A DNA stretch of 64,000 bases. Origin: Pseudarthrobacter sp. (GTDB lineage: Bacteria > Actinomycetota > Actinomycetes > Actinomycetales > Micrococcaceae). The notes under the pieces were generated by a model. It was not told the origin of the DNA and searched no databases. It was given only the letters and a program-made list of their open reading frames with translations. The stretch lies in NCBI GenBank assembly GCA_031178005.1, contig JAPSJV010000011.1:30799-94798 (forward strand), given 5' to 3'. Every line of letters starts with the position of its first letter. Position 1 is the first letter of the stretch. Position numbers and translations under genes: made by a program. This document shows positions 60,841-64,000 of this stretch, one piece after another.

Positions 60841-60971
60841 GTGCAACATTTGCACCTTATGTGCAAGATCTCGCAGCTCTAGCATCGATATTTCATCTCC
60901 GGGCAACTTTTTCGTTGACATGAGCCGCATTGCTCCCTACTCTTTTTGCACAGAGGGTGCATATATTGCAC
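60841..60971. promoter_or_regulatory. Divergent promoter with GTGCA-N5-TGCAC operators
   Basis: GTGCAACATTTGCAC (60841), GTGCATATATTGCAC (60957); TTGACA 60915 / TACTCT 60938 with 17-bp spacer. Confidence 0.65.
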
Positions 60972-61001
60972 CGCAATGGGGAGATGATCGAGGAGGATCA
61001 C

Positions 61002-62291
61002 ATGATGAACCGGAGAAGCTTTCTAGTTCTGGCGACAGGCTCGCTGTCCATCGCGGCGTTGGGCGCCTGTGGCCAGCCAGCACCTGCAGGTGCCAGGGAA
61101 GCAGTATTGAAGGTCTGGAACCCCCAGGACAACTGGCGCAAAACCACCAAGTTCTACGATTCGAAGGTCCAGGCATTCAAGGACAAGTTCCCCAAGGTCA
61201 CGGTGGAATATGTTGACATTCCCTACGGCCAGTACGAAGCCCGCTACACGGCTGGGTTCAGCAGCTCCTCAGACGCTCCGGACATCTTCATGGGGCAGGT
61301 GTCCTACTACGGCGGCGCCCTGGGTGTTGCCTCGGAAGCGCCGGATGACTTGCAGACGTCCTGGGACGAAAACCTTTCACCGCTGACCAGCGGCAACTTC
61401 AAAGTTGAAGACAAGTGGGCCGGCTACCCCGTCAGCACGGATCTGGGGATGCAGCTCTACTACAACATGGACCACTTCGTGGAGGCAGGCCTGGACCCGG
61501 ACGCTCCGCCCACCACGTTCGAGGGACTGCGCGCCATGGCCGGCAAACTGGCCAGGCTGGAGGGCGGGAAGGTTGTCCGCAACGGCATGGCCCTGCGCTA
61601 CTCCGGAAACCCCACCGGCATCGCGGACAAGGCACTGCCTTACATCCACGGATTCGGCGGCCGCCTCTACAGCGAGGACCATTCAACGGCGGATGGATTC
61701 ATCAACGGAGCGGGCACCGTCGCCGGAATCCAGTTCATGCAGGACCTGGCCAAGAAGGACAACGTGGCCAGCCTGGAACTGGGCAGCCCGGACGACACTT
61801 TCGCCCAGGGCCTGTCCTCCATGACCTTCCGTGAGGGCTGGTATGAGGGCTGGTTGGTGAAGAACGCACCCACGGTACGGTTCGGCGTCGTGCCTTATCC
61901 AGAGGGCCCGGAGGGCTACCCGAAGGTGTCTCTGCTCTTCAACTGGGCGTGGATGGTCAATGACCGTTCCCCCAATAAGGACCTGGCGTGGGAGTGGATG
62001 CGCACCGTCGCAAACCCCGCAACGGACCTGGAGCTCGCGGAGCTGGAAGGCTATCTGCCGGTCTGGAAGGAGAACTTCTCGACGCCGTATGTCACCGGAC
62101 GCAAGGACCACACGGCTGTGGAAAAGCAGACCTCGGAGGGTCCCGGTCCCGTCTATGACGCTCCGTACACCAATCAGATCGCCCTTTCAGTAGGCAGCGC
62201 CATCGAGGCATGCCTCCAGGGTGCGGATGTCCAGGAAACGCTCGACGGCGTGGTGCGGCAGGTCGATGAACTCCTGGAACGTGGGCGGTAG
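61002..62291 (+). CDS. Sugar ABC transporter substrate-binding Tat lipoprotein
   Basis: GAGGAGG RBS; MMNRRSFL...LGAC; APDIF, LYYN. Confidence 0.9.
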   Translation: MMNRRSFLVLATGSLSIAALGACGQPAPAGAREAVLKVWNPQDNWRKTTKFYDSKVQAFKDKFPKVTVEYVDIPYGQYEARYTAGFSSSSDAPDIFMGQVSYYGGALGVASEAPDDLQTSWDENLSPLTSGNFKVEDKWAGYPVSTDLGMQLYYNMDHFVEAGLDPDAPPTTFEGLRAMAGKLARLEGGKVVRNGMALRYSGNPTGIADKALPYIHGFGGRLYSEDHSTADGFINGAGTVAGIQFMQDLAKKDNVASLELGSPDDTFAQGLSSMTFREGWYEGWLVKNAPTVRFGVVPYPEGPEGYPKVSLLFNWAWMVNDRSPNKDLAWEWMRTVANPATDLELAELEGYLPVWKENFSTPYVTGRKDHTAVEKQTSEGPGPVYDAPYTNQIALSVGSAIEACLQGADVQETLDGVVRQVDELLERGR

Positions 62292-62294
62292 GCC

Positions 62295-63200
62295 GTGAGC
62301 GCTGCAACCAAGTCTTCAGCCAAGGTGGGCAGCCGGATCGAGACGCGCAGGGCATTTATATTCCTGGCACCTGCGCTGTTCTTCGTACTCGTCCTGTTCA
62401 TCATTCCGCTGGCCTACAACGTCCTGATCAGCTTCTTCGATTGGTCCGCCATCGGCCGCAAGGAGTTCAACGGCCTTGAAAACTACCTCAAGGTCCTCAC
62501 CAGCGAACGCTTCACGAATGCAGCGGGCAACACCATCTATTTCACGGTGCTGGCTGTTCCCATCGGCGTCGTTCTGTCACTGATTGTGGCGCTGGGCTTT
62601 AACACGCTGCTGATCACCAGGGTCACCGGATTTATTCGGGCACTGTATTTTGCACCCGTCGTGGCCTCACTGACCGCTGTCGCTTTTGTGTGGTTGTGGA
62701 TCTTCAATCCGGCGTACGGGCTGGCCAATGGCGTCCTGGGGATCTTCGGAGTGGATCCGCAGCCCTGGCTCACCGACGAGTCCCAGGCCATCCCCTCGCT
62801 GGCCATCATGTACATCTGGGCGCGGCTTGGATTCAACGTGATCATCTTGCTGGCCGGACTGCAGGCCATTGACCGCTCCTATTACGAGGCGGCAAGGATC
62901 GACGGCGCCGGACCGTTCCGGATGTTCTGGTCCATTACGCTGCCGCTGCTGAACAGGCAGCTGGTACTGGTGATCAGCGTTGAGGTCATGAACGCCATCA
63001 AGCTGTTCGAGCTGCCCTTCGTGGCCACCAAGGGCGGTCCTGTGGGATCCACCCGTTCGATCGTTATGGAAATCTACGAGCTGGCCTTCCGGGCCGACAG
63101 ATGGGGTGAAGCCGCGGTGTACGTCATCTTCCTCTTCGTCTTCCTGCTCGTTGTCACCGGACTTATTCGCAAACTCTTCACTAGGGACATCGCGGAATGA
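62295..63200 (+). CDS. Carbohydrate ABC permease
   Basis: GLENY, LAGLQAIDRSYYEAARIDGA, ITLPLL. Confidence 0.92.
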   Translation: MSAATKSSAKVGSRIETRRAFIFLAPALFFVLVLFIIPLAYNVLISFFDWSAIGRKEFNGLENYLKVLTSERFTNAAGNTIYFTVLAVPIGVVLSLIVALGFNTLLITRVTGFIRALYFAPVVASLTAVAFVWLWIFNPAYGLANGVLGIFGVDPQPWLTDESQAIPSLAIMYIWARLGFNVIILLAGLQAIDRSYYEAARIDGAGPFRMFWSITLPLLNRQLVLVISVEVMNAIKLFELPFVATKGGPVGSTRSIVMEIYELAFRADRWGEAAVYVIFLFVFLLVVTGLIRKLFTRDIAE

Positions 63201-64000
63201 CTACCACCACACCCCAGACCCCTGTTACATCCACGCCTGCTCCAGCCCAGGCCGTCCCGCTTCGCCGGGACCGGACTCCGCTGGGTCCGCTGCTGATCAA
63301 GGTTGCCCTGATCCTGGGCGGCTGCCTCCTTCTGGTGCCGCTGGTGTGGGTGATCCTGTCCTCGCTGAAGCGCCCGGATGAGATCCTGCAACTGCCGGTC
63401 AAATGGCTGCCGGAGAACTTCTTCAACTTCAGCAACTACGTCCAACTGTTCTCGCAGTACAACTTTGGCCAGTACATGGCCAACTCGTTCCTGGTGACCG
63501 GACTGGGCATCCTGACCTCGCTGGTCATTGCCCTGTTCGCCGCGTACGCGTTTGCGTTTTACCGCTTTCCATTCAAGGAGCCTATTTTCCTGCTGGTCCT
63601 GGCACTGTTCATGGTGCCCCAGGAGGCACTGGTCATCCCCATGTTCCTTATGGTCTCCGGTGCGGGCCTGAATAATACGTACATTGGCATGGCATTTCCG
63701 GACCTCTTCACCGTGCTGGGCGTGTACCTGCTGCGCCAGTTTATGGAGGGCATCCCGTTCAGCTACGTGGAGGCGGCCCGGATGGACGGCGCCAGCGAGT
63801 TCCGGATCCTCACCCGGGTGATCACGCCCATGGTGGCACCGGCGATCGTGGTGTTCGTCATCATCAAGTTCATGTTCACCTGGAACACATTCCTCTGGCC
63901 CATGCTGATCGCCCAGGACGAGCGGATGTACACGGTGACAGTGGGCTTGGTGAATTTTGCGGGATCTGAATTCAACCAATGGAACCTGATCAATGCCGCG
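63197..64000 (+). CDS. Carbohydrate ABC permease (truncated by window end)
   Basis: ATGA overlap; manual translation PLVWVILSSLK, YMANS, EAARMDGASEFRI, TWNTFLWP. Confidence 0.9.
   Translation, partial: MTTTTPQTPVTSTPAPAQAVPLRRDRTPLGPLLIKVALILGGCLLLVPLVWVILSSLKRPDEILQLPVKWLPENFFNFSNYVQLFSQYNFGQYMANSFLVTGLGILTSLVIALFAAYAFAFYRFPFKEPIFLLVLALFMVPQEALVIPMFLMVSGAGLNNTYIGMAFPDLFTVLGVYLLRQFMEGIPFSYVEAARMDGASEFRILTRVITPMVAPAIVVFVIIKFMFTWNTFLWPMLIAQDERMYTVTVGLVNFAGSEFNQWNLINAA

Overview
High-GC actinobacterial chromosome segment, Arthrobacter/Pseudarthrobacter-like by gene content and style (inference). Core genes: trpS, xth, glyA-folD under a ZMP/ZTP riboswitch, purU, icd, purH, purN, murQ, a cold-shock gene and sigK-rskA. 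Accessory genes: three sugar ABC systems, a DavB/DavA-like amino-acid monooxygenase cluster, pectate lyase, two PhoD phosphatases, a GT4-Ugd pair and vapBC. Main observations: (1) a frameshifted DUF559-type endonuclease gene is bracketed by two 66-bp palindromes, and three related palindromes lie elsewhere in the window, suggesting a REP/RAYT-like nuclease-plus-palindrome system; (2) a 47-aa ORF behind a secreted serine protease repeats its YWTPERMxxAVP propeptide motif with only synonymous changes at the conserved residues; (3) a second REP-like family (GGTTTCGACAGGCTCAACCACC), one copy of which is translated inside a protein; (4) divergent SigK-type promoters drive a class F sortase/substrate module; (5) PHO-box-like repeats precede both phoD genes and GT4-ugd. 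All assignments come from reading motifs by eye; no database searches were run.
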